A stretch of 64,000 nt of DNA from Akkermansiaceae bacterium (GCA_051251915.1 JBPOGF010000007.1:64001-128000), one strand, 5' to 3'. Positions 28,851-39,250 are shown, counted from the first letter of the stretch. Numbers and translations: made by a program. Notes: generated by a model not told the origin, from the letters alone.

Positions 28851-29312
28851 TTAGCCTCGTTTGACGAGGGTGCCGTAGGCGAAGATTTCTAGATCGTGGA
28901 TGACGCCGAAGATGCCGTGGCCTGCGGAGATGCGGTAGTCGAAGTGGCAGTTGATGACGGCGTCAGCACCTAGTAGTGCGCCGCGTTTCTTGAGTTTTCT
29001 CTGGACGCCTTCGAATGCTAGTGATGGGCTGGACTGGCTGAAGAATTTCTTACTGAGTGTGTCTAGAACGATGATGGTGTCGATAATCTCGTAATCAAAC
29101 GGTGGTGGGCCAGTGGTGATGATGACGTGGTTGTTGGGGTCCTCTTCAAGGTTAGGGACTTTCTCTAGGTGAATGTCTGGTTCGTGTTCTTCTTCAATGA
29201 ACTTCTCTACAAAGAATGTAGCACCGCATGTGATGCACTTGATGTCGCGTGCTATTTGGCGATCTTCGAGGATGTTTGATGATAAGCATTCAGGGCAATT
29301 AATTTCTAACAT
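28851..29312 (-). CDS. Zinc-ribbon + YbjQ-like heavy-metal-binding domain protein
   Basis: CPEC...CITC; LGADAVI...AYGTLV. Confidence 0.75.
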   Translation of the reverse strand: MLEINCPECLSSNILEDRQIARDIKCITCGATFFVEKFIEEEHEPDIHLEKVPNLEEDPNNHVIITTGPPPFDYEIIDTIIVLDTLSKKFFSQSSPSLAFEGVQRKLKKRGALLGADAVINCHFDYRISAGHGIFGVIHDLEIFAYGTLVKRG

Positions 29313-29402
29313 AGTGACTATATAGATAACGTAGTGGGGGTGTGAAAGGCAAGATAAAAGAGTGAGGGGTGGGTGGTATTTGGTTTTGTTTTGATGAGAA
29401 TT

Positions 29403-29464
29403 GGTTGTTCGACCGTTTTGGTGCCTTCGGCACGTCAGAGGTCATGGGTTGATTAGTCATTGGT
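29403..29464 (+). repeat. REP-like dispersed repeat, copy A
   Basis: ggttgttcgaccgttttgGTGCCttcGGCACgtcagaggtc...gtcattggt. Confidence 0.75.
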
Positions 29465-29599
29465 CGTATTCTTTGGAGGCTGATGCTTGGGTGTTGGGTG
29501 GATAAGTGCTTGCGGGAGAAGAATAGGACTAATGATCACTGACTAGTAAGCTTTTGACGGAGCGTCGCTCCTCTGGGGTGGAGTGGCTATTGTTGGTGT

Positions 29600-29765
29600 T
29601 AAGGCTCATGGAGGAAAATACCCCCCCTAATCATTTGATCGTTTTTATCCCCAACTGCGTTTTCTCATTAGTCGAATAGCCTACTATACAAAATAAAGAG
29701 TAGCCTTGTTGGGAAGTAAAAAATCTCTTTATTCTTGGAGTTTTTATTTTCCTCCGCAGGTCTTA
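29600..29765. mobile_element. 166-bp ERIC/RPE-like miniature inverted-repeat element (second, degenerate copy)
   Basis: TA-bounded TIRs taaggctcatggaggaaaata / tattttcctccgcaggtctta; same CTGCGTT...GCCTAC...GCCTTGTT core as 16962-17121. Confidence 0.7.
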
Positions 29766-29823
29766 GTGGAATTGTGTGGAGTTTGTGCTGTTCAATGTGG
29801 CTGGGTCATTGTTCATTGAGGTT

Positions 29824-30876
29824 ATGTTTACGGATCATTTAAGGGGGGCATCAAAGGGGCCGATTTTGGCGCTTGCTCCTATGCAGGATGTTACTGACTT
29901 GGCGTTTATGCGGGTGATGAGTGAGTATGGTGGGGGGCCGGATTATTTTGTGACGGAGTATTTTCGGGTGCATCCGGATAGTGCGCCGGAGAAGAAGATT
30001 TTGCGATCGATTACGCACAATGAGACGGGTCGGCCGATCTATGCGCAGATGATAGGGGTGGATGTGGGGAGTCTGGTGAGGACTTCTGAGATTCTGTTAG
30101 ATTATGATATTGCTGGGATGGATATTAATTTGGGGTGTCCTGCGCCTACTGTTTGTAGGAAGGATGCTGGGGGTGGGTTGTTGAGGAATCTGGATCAGGT
30201 GGATAGGATATTGGGGGCGATGCGTGAGGTGTGTAGTGCTAGGGGTAAGGAATTTACGGTGAAGACGCGGATAGGTTATGAGGATGCGGGGGAGTTTGAG
30301 AAGATTTTGGATGTTTTTGTTAAGCATGAGATTGATGCGTTGGCGATTCATGGGAGGACTGTTAGGGATAAATATCAGACGCCTGTTAGGGATGAGTTTG
30401 TGAAGGCGGCGGTGGAGCGGATGGGGTGTCCGGTGATGGCGAATGGGAATGTGGTGAATGTGGCTACGGGGCGGGCGTATCATGAGAAGACTGGGGCTGC
30501 GGGGTTAATGGTGGGGCGTGGGGCGATACGGAGTCCGTGGATATTCCAGCAGTTGAGGGCTAGCTATTCAGAAGGGGGTGAGGTGGTGGTGCCTAGTAGG
30601 AGGGATTTGCATCAGTATGTGACGTTGCTTTTTGCGGAGTTGGCTGTGGAGTGGGTGGGGTTTGATGAGGCGAAGCATGTGAATAAGATGAAGAAGTATA
30701 TGATTTATATTGCTCAGGGGTTGGATGAGGCGTTTGAGTATGAGATTAGGAGGGTGCGGAGTGAGAAGGATTTCTTTAGGGTTTGTGATCATTATTTGTT
30801 GAATGATGAGGTGTTGCCGGATTTGCCGCCGGAGAGATCTAAGTTGTTTTGTGGGTTTAAGGCGTTGTTGGATTAG
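29824..30876 (+). CDS. tRNA-dihydrouridine synthase family protein
   Basis: LAPMQ, DINLGCP, TVKTRIG, IHGRT, ANG, MVGRGA. Confidence 0.92.
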   Translation: MFTDHLRGASKGPILALAPMQDVTDLAFMRVMSEYGGGPDYFVTEYFRVHPDSAPEKKILRSITHNETGRPIYAQMIGVDVGSLVRTSEILLDYDIAGMDINLGCPAPTVCRKDAGGGLLRNLDQVDRILGAMREVCSARGKEFTVKTRIGYEDAGEFEKILDVFVKHEIDALAIHGRTVRDKYQTPVRDEFVKAAVERMGCPVMANGNVVNVATGRAYHEKTGAAGLMVGRGAIRSPWIFQQLRASYSEGGEVVVPSRRDLHQYVTLLFAELAVEWVGFDEAKHVNKMKKYMIYIAQGLDEAFEYEIRRVRSEKDFFRVCDHYLLNDEVLPDLPPERSKLFCGFKALLD

Positions 30877-30976
30877 AGTGGAGCAGTTTTGTTTGTTTTA
30901 TGAGAGTGGGTGAATTGCTGAACGGGGTGGTTTTTCTGTGGATTTGTGGGGGTTTTTGGCTAGGGTGATTTTTAGA

Positions 30977-31768
30977 ATGAGTAAGGTAATTATTAATGGG
31001 GTGCTGGTGGATGAGGTGGAGGCTAAGGTTTCGCTGTTAGATCGGAATGTGCAGCTTGGGCTGAATGTGTTTGAGACGATGACGGCGGTGGATGGTGAGG
31101 TGGATGGGTTTGAGTTGCATATGGTGCGGTTGCGGAGGGGGATGGATAGGTTGAAGGTTGAGGTTGATGGGGTTGAGCTGTTAGAAGGTTTTGTTAGGGA
31201 GGTTGTGGAGGCGAATTCTTTGATGGGGGTGGGAACTCGTGCGCGGGTGCGGATTACTGTGATGGATGGGGTTTGTATGGTTCAGGCAGAGGAGGCGCAG
31301 GTGAGGGCGGAGGTGTGTAGTGTGGTGGTGAGTGAGTATGTGCGGAATGAGCGGAGTGTGGTGGCGGGGGTGAAGTGTGGGTCTTATGCGGAGAATATTT
31401 TGGCGTTGAGAGAGGCTCAGCTGGCTGGTGCGGATGAGGTGGTGTTTTTGAATACGCGTGATGAGGTGGCGGAGACGGCGACGGCGAATATTTTTATTGT
31501 TAAGGATGGGGTGGTGGTTACGCCTGGGTTGGAGAGTGGTTGTTTGCCTGGGGTGACTCGGGAGTTGGTGATTCAGCGAGCGAGGTCTGCGGGGTTGAGG
31601 GTGGTGGAGGGAGTGATCTATTTGGAGGAGTTGTTAGATGCGGATGAGGTGTTTTTGACGAATGCTTCTATTGGGGTGCAGGCGGTGGATAGGATAGGGG
31701 GGCTGGAGGTAAGTTTTTGTCTTGGTGAGGTGACTGAGGCAGTGAGAAGGATAAAGGATAAAGGATAA
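30977..31768 (+). CDS. Aminotransferase class IV (PabC/IlvE-like)
   Basis: VFETM, H-x2-RL, ETATANIF, CLPGVTR, ADEVFLTN. Confidence 0.9.
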   Translation: MSKVIINGVLVDEVEAKVSLLDRNVQLGLNVFETMTAVDGEVDGFELHMVRLRRGMDRLKVEVDGVELLEGFVREVVEANSLMGVGTRARVRITVMDGVCMVQAEEAQVRAEVCSVVVSEYVRNERSVVAGVKCGSYAENILALREAQLAGADEVVFLNTRDEVAETATANIFIVKDGVVVTPGLESGCLPGVTRELVIQRARSAGLRVVEGVIYLEELLDADEVFLTNASIGVQAVDRIGGLEVSFCLGEVTEAVRRIKDKG

Positions 31769-31776
31769 AGGATAAA
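31749..31776 (+). repeat. Heptamer tandem repeat (GGATAAA)x4 overlapping the stop codon
   Basis: Four exact copies. Confidence 0.9.
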
Positions 31777-31781
31777 GATTT

Positions 31782-32705
31782 ATGGCTACTAATACTTATA
31801 CGGTGAAGATAGAGGCTAAGGATGTTTCTAAGTTGAGGGGGATCTGTGAGGAGCGTGGGTTTGAGTTTGGGGAGAAGCAGTGGGCGATTTGGCATGCGAA
31901 GAAGAAGGATTCTTCGGGAGTTTGTAATGTTACTGTTTATGAGAAGGGGCCGAAGGTGTTGGTGCAGGGGAAGGGGACGGAGGATTTTGTGAAGTTTATT
32001 TTGGAGCCTGAGATTCTGGGTGAGGCTAGGATGGGGAATGAGGAGGTGCTGATGCCGGAAATGTTTGAGCCGCATTTTGGGGTGGATGAGAGTGGTAAGG
32101 GTGATTTTTTTGGGCCGTTGGTGATCGCTGGTGCGTATGTGAATAAGGAGATTTCACGGGAGCTGTTAGAGAAGGGGGTGATGGATAGTAAGCGGATTAG
32201 TAGTGCGGCGAAGATTAAGAAGTTGGCGGGGATTATACGAGGGATTAGGGGGCTGGAGTGGGAGGTTATTTCTCTGAAGCCGGAGAAGTATAATGAGCTT
32301 TATGGGAAGTTTGGGAATTTGAATCGTTTGCTGGCTTGGGGGCATGCGAAGGTGATTTCTAGTTTGGCGGAGAAGGTTCCGAGCTGTCCGAGTGCGCTGA
32401 GTGATCAGTTTGCGCGGAAGGAGTTGTTGGAGGGGATGCTGGCGCGGGAGAAGTCTGCGGCGCATGTGGAGCTGACTCAGCGGACGAAGGGGGAGAGTGA
32501 TGTTGCGGTGGCTGCTGCTTCTATTTTGGCGCGGGAGGCTTTTGTTAGCTGGATAGAGCGGGCGAGTGAGGCTGGTGGTGTGGTGTTACCTTTGGGTGCG
32601 GGGGAGAATGTTATTTTGGCGGCTAGGGAGATGAAGGAGAGGCATGGGGGGGAGATGCTGGAGAAGGTGGCGAAGATGCATTTTAAGACGGCTAAGTTGG
32701 TTTAA
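31782..32705 (+). CDS. rnhC: Ribonuclease HIII
   Basis: N-terminal TBP-like domain (KVLVQGK); GVDESGKGDFFGP, DSK, DQF, VAAASILAR, KMHFKT. Confidence 0.95.
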   Translation: MATNTYTVKIEAKDVSKLRGICEERGFEFGEKQWAIWHAKKKDSSGVCNVTVYEKGPKVLVQGKGTEDFVKFILEPEILGEARMGNEEVLMPEMFEPHFGVDESGKGDFFGPLVIAGAYVNKEISRELLEKGVMDSKRISSAAKIKKLAGIIRGIRGLEWEVISLKPEKYNELYGKFGNLNRLLAWGHAKVISSLAEKVPSCPSALSDQFARKELLEGMLAREKSAAHVELTQRTKGESDVAVAAASILAREAFVSWIERASEAGGVVLPLGAGENVILAAREMKERHGGEMLEKVAKMHFKTAKLV

Positions 32706-32724
32706 TTTGGGGTGCTGAGACTGG

Positions 32725-32786
32725 GGTTGTTTGGAGGTTTTGGTGCCTTTGGCACGTCAGAGGTTGAGTGGTCATTTGTCATTGGT
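32725..32786 (+). repeat. REP-like dispersed repeat, copy B
   Basis: ggttgtttggaggttttgGTGCCtttGGCACgtcagaggt...gtcattggt. Confidence 0.75.
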
Positions 32787-32931
32787 GCGGATTCTTTGCT
32801 CGCAAGCGGAGTTCCATTGTGCTGGAGCGATGACGTGGCCTAGGCACCATAACGGAGGAATGGCTAAATCTGGTCTACAGGGATTTAGGATTTAGGGTTG
32901 AAATCTGTGTGATTGTGTTTAGACAATCCTC

Positions 32932-34350
32932 ATGCGCCTTTTTGATACTTTAGCTAGAGAGCTCCGTGAGCTTACGCCGATCGATAATGATACGTTTGGT
33001 TTTTATTGCTGTGGGCCTACGGTTTATGGGCCGGCGCATATTGGGAATTTTAGGACGTTTGTGGTTCAGGATGTGTTTCGGAGGGCGTTGGAGCTTGGGG
33101 GGATGAAGACGAAGCATGTGCGGAATCTGACGGATGTGGATGACAAGACGATTCGTGATTCTCAGGCTGCTGGGAAGACGTTGACTGAGTTTACTGAGGG
33201 GTGGACTGAGAAGTTTCATGTGGATTGTGCAGCGTTGAATTTACTGGAGCCGCATATTGAGCCTGGGGCGGTGGATCATATTCCGCAGCAGATCACGATG
33301 ATTGAGGAGTTGATTGAGAAGGGGCATGCTTATGCGGCGGATGATGGGTCGGTTTATTTTAAGATTTCATCGTATCCGGAGTATGGTGCGCTTTCGCATT
33401 TGGATGAGCGTGATTTGGATCTTGGTAGGACGCAGGATGAGAGGGCGAATAATGCGGATGAGTATGAGAAGGATAGTGTGGCTGACTTTGTTTTATGGAA
33501 GGCGCGGCGGGATGATGATGGGGAGAATTTCTGGGAGAGTCCTTGGGGGGAGGGTCGTCCGGGGTGGCATTTGGAGTGCTCGGCGATGATACGGGAGTAT
33601 TTGGGGGAGAGTTTTGATTTGCATTCTGGTGGGGAGGATTTGGTATTTCCGCATCATGAGAATGAGATTGCGCAGAGTAAGTGTTCTTGCGGTGGGGATT
33701 TTGCGGCGCATTGGTTTCATATTACGCATTTGTTGGTGGATGGTTCTAAGATGTCTAAGAGTAAGGGGAATTTTTACCGACTTGAGGATCTGTTAGAGAA
33801 GGGACATACGGCGGCGGAGGTGAGGTATGCGCTGATTGGTGCGCATTATCGGAAGCAGATGAATTTTACTTTGGATGGTCTGCATGCGGCGGGTGAGGCG
33901 CTGGGTAAGATCCGTAAGGCGGAGCGTGCGCTGGCTGAGAAGGCTGGTGTTGATGAGGCTCCGAGTTATGAAGATTTATTGGGGCTGGAGGATAAGGGGT
34001 TGTTTGATGTTGCTTGGTTAGGGCTGAATGAGGATTTGAATACTCAGCGTGCTATTGGTGCGATGTTTGGGGCGCTGAAGCGTGCTCAGAATGAGGATGA
34101 TGCGCTGGTGCAGTGGAAGGGATTGCATTTTATGCTGAATGCTCTTGGGGTTGTTTTGCCTGAGGTGAAGGTGGAGGCCGTGTTAGAGATTCCGGCTGAA
34201 ATCCAGGAGTTAGCGGAGCAGCGCTGGCAGGCTAGGGCTGATAAGGACTGGGCTAAGAGCGATGAGCTTAGGGATGAGCTCAAGGGCTTAGGTTGGGTGG
34301 TGAAGGATGGGAAAGATGGGTGGAGTCTGGAGAGACTAGACGCTGAGTAG
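32932..34350 (+). CDS. cysS: Cysteine--tRNA ligase
   Basis: CGPTVY, HIGN, GRPGWHLECS, FPHHENE, KMSKS. Confidence 0.98.
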   Translation: MRLFDTLARELRELTPIDNDTFGFYCCGPTVYGPAHIGNFRTFVVQDVFRRALELGGMKTKHVRNLTDVDDKTIRDSQAAGKTLTEFTEGWTEKFHVDCAALNLLEPHIEPGAVDHIPQQITMIEELIEKGHAYAADDGSVYFKISSYPEYGALSHLDERDLDLGRTQDERANNADEYEKDSVADFVLWKARRDDDGENFWESPWGEGRPGWHLECSAMIREYLGESFDLHSGGEDLVFPHHENEIAQSKCSCGGDFAAHWFHITHLLVDGSKMSKSKGNFYRLEDLLEKGHTAAEVRYALIGAHYRKQMNFTLDGLHAAGEALGKIRKAERALAEKAGVDEAPSYEDLLGLEDKGLFDVAWLGLNEDLNTQRAIGAMFGALKRAQNEDDALVQWKGLHFMLNALGVVLPEVKVEAVLEIPAEIQELAEQRWQARADKDWAKSDELRDELKGLGWVVKDGKDGWSLERLDAE

Positions 34351-35280
34351 GTAGGAGCCGGCGGCGATCACGAGCGGCATTGTTAGGAAACTGATGATGC
34401 TGGTGACGATGGCTACTTCTGCGACGAGTGCTGGTTTGCCTCCGTAGTGGCGGGCTAGGACGATGGGGAAGAGGGCTGCGGGCATGGCGGCTTGGACGAG
34501 GAGGACGCGTTTTACTCCTTCATCTAGTGGGAGTAGGTAGGCGATGCTGATGATGAGGGTGGGGAGTAGCATGAGGCGGAAGAAGACGGCGGATAGGCTG
34601 ATCTTTAGGGTGTATTTTGTCTCTGGTAGAATTTCACCGATGCTCATGCCTATGGCGACTAGTGAGAGTGGTATGGCTGATGAGCCTAGCCAGCTGACGC
34701 TGGTGAGTAGCGGGGTGGGGAGGTGGATTTGGAGGTTGGTTACATTTAGGAATACGCCTAAGAAAACGGCTAGGATGGGGCCTTTGAGGAGGATGCGTGG
34801 GTTGAGGGTGAACTTGCCGGTGAAGATCATGACGCCGACGGTGAAGATGGCTAGCTCTACGCCTAGGCTGTGGAGGAAGAGAGTGGCGAGGAGTTCGCTG
34901 TCCGCGTAGAGGGACATGAGTAGGGGGACTGGGATGAAGCCGTAGTTCTGTAGGCCGACGGCGACGGTGAATGAGCGTCTGCCTTCTCCTTTTCCAAGGC
35001 CTAGTTTAGGTGAGAGGGTGTAGGCAATGGCTAGTGAGATGAGGACGATACCTGCGCCGAGGGCTGCGAGTGTGAGGACTTTTGGGAGGTCAGAGGCGAC
35101 TTTGCTTCCGAGAATGTTGTGGAGGATGAAGCAGGGGAGGAGGACGTTTAGGAGGAGTTTGGTGATGCCTTGGTCGATTGCTTTGTCGATGACGTTCCAT
35201 TTGCGTAGTCCTACGCCGAGAAAAACGATGAGGAATACCGGTAGTGAGGCGATGAGAACGGTTAGAATATGAGCTGTCAT
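34336..35280 (-). CDS. AEC (auxin efflux carrier) family transporter
   Basis: About 10 TMs; NYGFIPVPL, AAMPAA motifs. Confidence 0.88.
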   Translation of the reverse strand: MTAHILTVLIASLPVFLIVFLGVGLRKWNVIDKAIDQGITKLLLNVLLPCFILHNILGSKVASDLPKVLTLAALGAGIVLISLAIAYTLSPKLGLGKGEGRRSFTVAVGLQNYGFIPVPLLMSLYADSELLATLFLHSLGVELAIFTVGVMIFTGKFTLNPRILLKGPILAVFLGVFLNVTNLQIHLPTPLLTSVSWLGSSAIPLSLVAIGMSIGEILPETKYTLKISLSAVFFRLMLLPTLIISIAYLLPLDEGVKRVLLVQAAMPAALFPIVLARHYGGKPALVAEVAIVTSIISFLTMPLVIAAGSYLLSV

Positions 35281-35379
35281 TATTCGTGGTCACTGTTTCA
35301 CAAAACAGGTTACTTACAAGTCTGTATGCGCTGAAGAATTGTACTATACATAATGAGTAGTCTGATTTAAATAAAGGGC

Positions 35380-36348
35380 ATGCATCATCGACCTAGAAGA
35401 AACAGAAAGAGTGTAGGGGTAAGGAATTTGATTAGAGAAGTGAGCCTTAGTGCACATGATTTTATTTATCCGTTATTTGTGCATGAGGGGAGTGATGATG
35501 AGGTGATTGATGCGATGCCTGGGTGTAAGAGGTGGTCTATGGATGGGCTGGTGAGGGAGGCAGGTGAGGCTTATGCTTTGGGTGTTCCTGGGGTTGTGTT
35601 ATTTCCGGCTGTGGATGATGCTCTGAAGAATCAGACTGCGGATGAGAGTTGGAATGATGAGGGATTGATTCCGCGAGCGATTAAGGCGTTGAAGGCGGCT
35701 TATCCGGAGTTGGTGGTGGTGACTGATGTGGCTCTAGATCCTTATAATTCTGATGGTCACGATGGGGTTGTTAGAGATGGAGAGATTGTGAATGATGAGT
35801 CTGTGGAGATTTTAACGAAGCAGGCGCTTTGTCATGCGAAGGCTGGGGCGGATATTGTTTCGCCTAGTGATATGATGGATGGGAGAGTGGCGGCGATTAG
35901 GGCTGGGTTGGATGATGCGGGATACTCAGAGGTAAGTATTTTATCTTATACGGCGAAGTATGCTTCTGCGTATTATGGGCCATTCCGTGGGGCTTTGGAT
36001 TCGGCTCCGAAGGCTGGGGATAAGAAGACGTATCAGATGGATTATGGGAATGTTGATGAGGCTGTTAGAGAGACTTTGCTGGACGAGGAAGAGGGCGCGG
36101 ATATGGTGATGGTGAAGCCGGCGGGGGCATATTTGGATATTATTTATAGGATGAAGCAGACGACTACGCTTCCGGTGGCTGCGTATCAGGTGAGTGGTGA
36201 GTATTTGATGATTAAGAGTGCTGCGAAGGCTGGCTGGGTGGATGAGAAGGCGGTGGTGCTGGAGAGTCTGACGGGGATTAAGCGTGCTGGTGCGGATATT
36301 ATTTTGAGTTACTTTGCTAAGGATGTGGCGGGTTGGTTGAAAGGTTAG
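35380..36348 (+). CDS. hemB: Porphobilinogen synthase (Asp-rich, non-zinc type)
   Basis: RPRRNR, DVALDPY..GHDG, SDMMDGRV, YGPFR, MVKP, AYQVSGEY. Confidence 0.97.
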   Translation: MHHRPRRNRKSVGVRNLIREVSLSAHDFIYPLFVHEGSDDEVIDAMPGCKRWSMDGLVREAGEAYALGVPGVVLFPAVDDALKNQTADESWNDEGLIPRAIKALKAAYPELVVVTDVALDPYNSDGHDGVVRDGEIVNDESVEILTKQALCHAKAGADIVSPSDMMDGRVAAIRAGLDDAGYSEVSILSYTAKYASAYYGPFRGALDSAPKAGDKKTYQMDYGNVDEAVRETLLDEEEGADMVMVKPAGAYLDIIYRMKQTTTLPVAAYQVSGEYLMIKSAAKAGWVDEKAVVLESLTGIKRAGADIILSYFAKDVAGWLKG

Positions 36349-36352
36349 TGTT

Positions 36353-37030
36353 ATGAGTGTAGTGGATAATTTAGGTGAGATAAAGTCACGAATTGAGAAG
36401 GCTTGCGAGCGGGCTGGTAGAGATGCTGGTGAGGTGGAGCTTATTGCGGTGAGTAAGACTTGGCCGGCGGAGCATGTGCAGAAGGCGGTGGATGCTGGGC
36501 AGCGGGTGTTTGGTGAGAATAAGTTACAGGAGGGGCAGGAGAAGATACCTGTGATGTCGCAGGAGTTGGAGTGGCATTATATTGGTGGGTTGCAGCGAAA
36601 TAAGGTAAGGAAGGTGTTGGGGTTGTTTCATGTGATCCATAGTATTGATTCTCTTAAGCTGGCTAAATACACTGATGGCGTGGCTGCTGATATGGGTATT
36701 AACCCGTCTGTTCTGCTTCAGGTGAATATTGGCGAAGAAGCGAGTAAGGGGGGCTTTAGTGTGGAGGAGTTGGAGGTAAGTTTTTCTGAGTTGTTAGAGT
36801 TGAAGCATCTTAAGATTGTTGGGTTGATGTGTATTCCTCCTGCGGTTGAGGTTTCAGTTGATGCTAAGGTGTGGTTTAGAAAGGTGGCTGATCTACGAGA
36901 TAAGTTGGAGAGTGCGCACGGTTTTAAGCTGCCGCATCTTAGTATGGGGATGAGCGGGGATTTCGAGACAGCGATAGCTGAGGGGGCTACTTATGTGCGA
37001 GTGGGGACTAGTATCTTTGGTGGGAGATAG
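36353..37030 (+). CDS. yggS: PLP homeostasis protein (YggS family)
   Basis: LIAVSKT, FGEN, WHYIG.LQ.NK, LSMGMSGD, VRVGTSIFG. Confidence 0.95.
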   Translation: MSVVDNLGEIKSRIEKACERAGRDAGEVELIAVSKTWPAEHVQKAVDAGQRVFGENKLQEGQEKIPVMSQELEWHYIGGLQRNKVRKVLGLFHVIHSIDSLKLAKYTDGVAADMGINPSVLLQVNIGEEASKGGFSVEELEVSFSELLELKHLKIVGLMCIPPAVEVSVDAKVWFRKVADLRDKLESAHGFKLPHLSMGMSGDFETAIAEGATYVRVGTSIFGGR

Positions 37031-37086
37031 GAGGGGCTTGTTGCGTGATGTATGAGTTATCTGAACGTTGAAGAATAAAAAATTTT

Positions 37087-37440
37087 ATGATTAAGAGTGT
37101 ATTTATTTTAGCTGTTTCTGCCGTAGTTGTTTCATGCTCTAGTAGGGAGAAGGAGGTGGAGGCTGAAGTTGTGGTGGAGGCTGAGGCTGAGGTCAGGGAA
37201 GTAGTGGTTTTTGATGTGCGGACGGCAGGGGAGTTTGCTGGAGGGCATTTGGAGGGGGCTATCAATGTTCCTTATCGTGAGATTGGGGATAAGGTTGCTG
37301 ATTTTGTGAAGAGGAAAGATGCTGAGATTATTGTTTACTGCAAGAGTGGTGGGCGGTCAGAGATAGCCCGAAAAAAACTTACCGGCATGGGTTATACGGA
37401 TGTAACCAATGCCGGTAGTTATGATGATTTGAAGGAGTAG
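37087..37440 (+). CDS. Rhodanese-like lipoprotein
   Basis: DVRT, GHLEGAIN, YCKSGGRS; lipobox VVSC. Confidence 0.88.
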   Translation: MIKSVFILAVSAVVVSCSSREKEVEAEVVVEAEAEVREVVVFDVRTAGEFAGGHLEGAINVPYREIGDKVADFVKRKDAEIIVYCKSGGRSEIARKKLTGMGYTDVTNAGSYDDLKE

Positions 37441-37471
37441 CCTTATGAGGTGGGCTGCTCTGTGATTTTTA

Positions 37472-39250
37472 TTAGAGCATTGGTCTGCACTCGTGTTTGA
37501 GCCAGGCTTGCTCTTCCTCGTTTAGGAGAGGGGATAGTTTTTCGAGTATTTCTGCGTGGTAGTTGTTTAGCCAATCGATTTGGTGTTGTGGTAGGATGGT
37601 GCGATCGATTAGGTCGGTGTTGATGGGGCAGAAGGTGAGGTTCTCGAATTTGAAGAATTTGCCGAATTCTGTTTCTTGGCTGAGGACGGTGTGGACCATG
37701 TTTTCGATACGGATGCCGTGTGAGCCGGAGCGGTAGCAGCCTGGTTCGATGGTGGTGATCATGCCTAGTTTCATTTTCTCAATGCTGGTGCCTGAGATGT
37801 TCTGTGGGCCTTCGTGGACTTCGAGTCCGAAGCCTACTCCGTGACCGGTGCCGTGTTTGAAGTTTTTGCCGTGTTTCCAGAGTGACTGGCGGCAGATTCC
37901 ATCGAGTTGGGCGCCGGTGCTGCCTTCTGCGAACTCAAGCATGAGGAGGTCTAGCAGGGCGTGGAGGACTACGGTGTAGTCTTCTTTCTGCTCTTGTGTG
38001 GGCTCGCCCATTGGGATGGTGCGGGTGGTGTCTGTGGTGCCGTGGACGAAGTTTCCGCCTGAGTCGATGAGGAAGATGTTTTCTGGTAGGACTGGTTTGT
38101 CTGATTCTTCGTCTACTGAGTAGTGGTTGAGGGCGCCGTCTGCGGCGTAGCCCATGATGGACTCGAAGCTGACGTGGCGGTAGCCGTCAAATTCTGCGCG
38201 GCATGCTTCTAGCTTGCGGCTGGCGGAGAGTTCTGTGACGGTTTCACCTTTGTTGAGGCTGCTGTAGAGCCATGTGTAGAATTTTACGATTGCTGCGCCG
38301 TCATCGATGAGTGCTTTTTTGAGGTGTGCGACTTCTGTTGCGTTTTTGACTGCTTTGAGGTCTGTGACGATGGGGCGAGATTCGATTTGGAGGCAGTGTT
38401 TGACTGCTTCTGAGAGTTGGTAGCTGATGTAGTTTGGTACGACTAGGACGCGGTTTGAGGCGTCGAGTTGTTGGAGGTCTTGGACGATGGAGTCGTATGC
38501 TTTGATGGTGATGCCTGCGGCTTCAAATTTAGCGGTTGCGGCAGGGGTGAGTTTGTCTGGGTCTACGTAAAAGTTGACTGCGTCTTCTGTGATGAGGGTG
38601 TAGCAGTATGGTGTGGGTGAGGCTTCGATGTCTGTTCCTCTGAAGTTGAGGAGCCAGCAGGATTCATCTGTGCGGCCTAGGAGGTAGGCTTCCACTCCTA
38701 CGGATTGCATTTTCTCGCGGACTGCGGTGATTTTATCTTCGATGGTTTGGCCGGTGTAGGTGTCTTCTACGAGGAAGAGTTCACCTTTTGGTGCTGCTGG
38801 GCGGTCTTCCCAGATGATGTCGACGAGGTCTAGGTCTGTGCGGGTTTTGAGTAGTGCTTGCTCAAAGCTTTTGACCCAGTTTCTGGCTTGCTTGAGGTCG
38901 GTATCTGCGCCGTTGAAGCCAACGGTTTGGCCTTTTGTGAGGTTTGATTTCAGCCAGACATCGATAGGGTTTACACCAATGTCACTCATGCGGATGAGTT
39001 CGATTTCTGAGTCAGCGAGTGCGTCTTCAGCGGCTTCGTAATATCTGCTATCTGTCCATAGACCGGCCCATTCAGCAGTGACAACTACCGTTCCCGCTGA
39101 TCCTTTCATACCAGCTAACCAAGCTCTAGAGCGCCAGCGATCCGCCACATATTCATTATGATGGGGGTCAGCGTTGGAAACGATGAATGCATCGATGCCT
39201 TCTGCTGCCATTTCGGCGCGTAGTAGAGTTAGTTTTTGGTTAGTTTGCAT
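37472..39250 (-). CDS. Aminopeptidase P (M24B)
   Basis: DPHHNEY, DSRY, DSGG..GTTDTTRT, HGTGHGVG, VHEGP, EPG, GIRIEN; start moved to MQTNQK. Confidence 0.93.
   Translation of the reverse strand: MQTNQKLTLLRAEMAAEGIDAFIVSNADPHHNEYVADRWRSRAWLAGMKGSAGTVVVTAEWAGLWTDSRYYEAAEDALADSEIELIRMSDIGVNPIDVWLKSNLTKGQTVGFNGADTDLKQARNWVKSFEQALLKTRTDLDLVDIIWEDRPAAPKGELFLVEDTYTGQTIEDKITAVREKMQSVGVEAYLLGRTDESCWLLNFRGTDIEASPTPYCYTLITEDAVNFYVDPDKLTPAATAKFEAAGITIKAYDSIVQDLQQLDASNRVLVVPNYISYQLSEAVKHCLQIESRPIVTDLKAVKNATEVAHLKKALIDDGAAIVKFYTWLYSSLNKGETVTELSASRKLEACRAEFDGYRHVSFESIMGYAADGALNHYSVDEESDKPVLPENIFLIDSGGNFVHGTTDTTRTIPMGEPTQEQKEDYTVVLHALLDLLMLEFAEGSTGAQLDGICRQSLWKHGKNFKHGTGHGVGFGLEVHEGPQNISGTSIEKMKLGMITTIEPGCYRSGSHGIRIENMVHTVLSQETEFGKFFKFENLTFCPINTDLIDRTILPQHQIDWLNNYHAEILEKLSPLLNEEEQAWLKHECRPML

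Noticed and set aside
32787..32880. Hairpins upstream of cysS as a possible T-box or riboswitch
   Set aside because: No T-box consensus, and cysS appears leaderless; more likely repeat debris.
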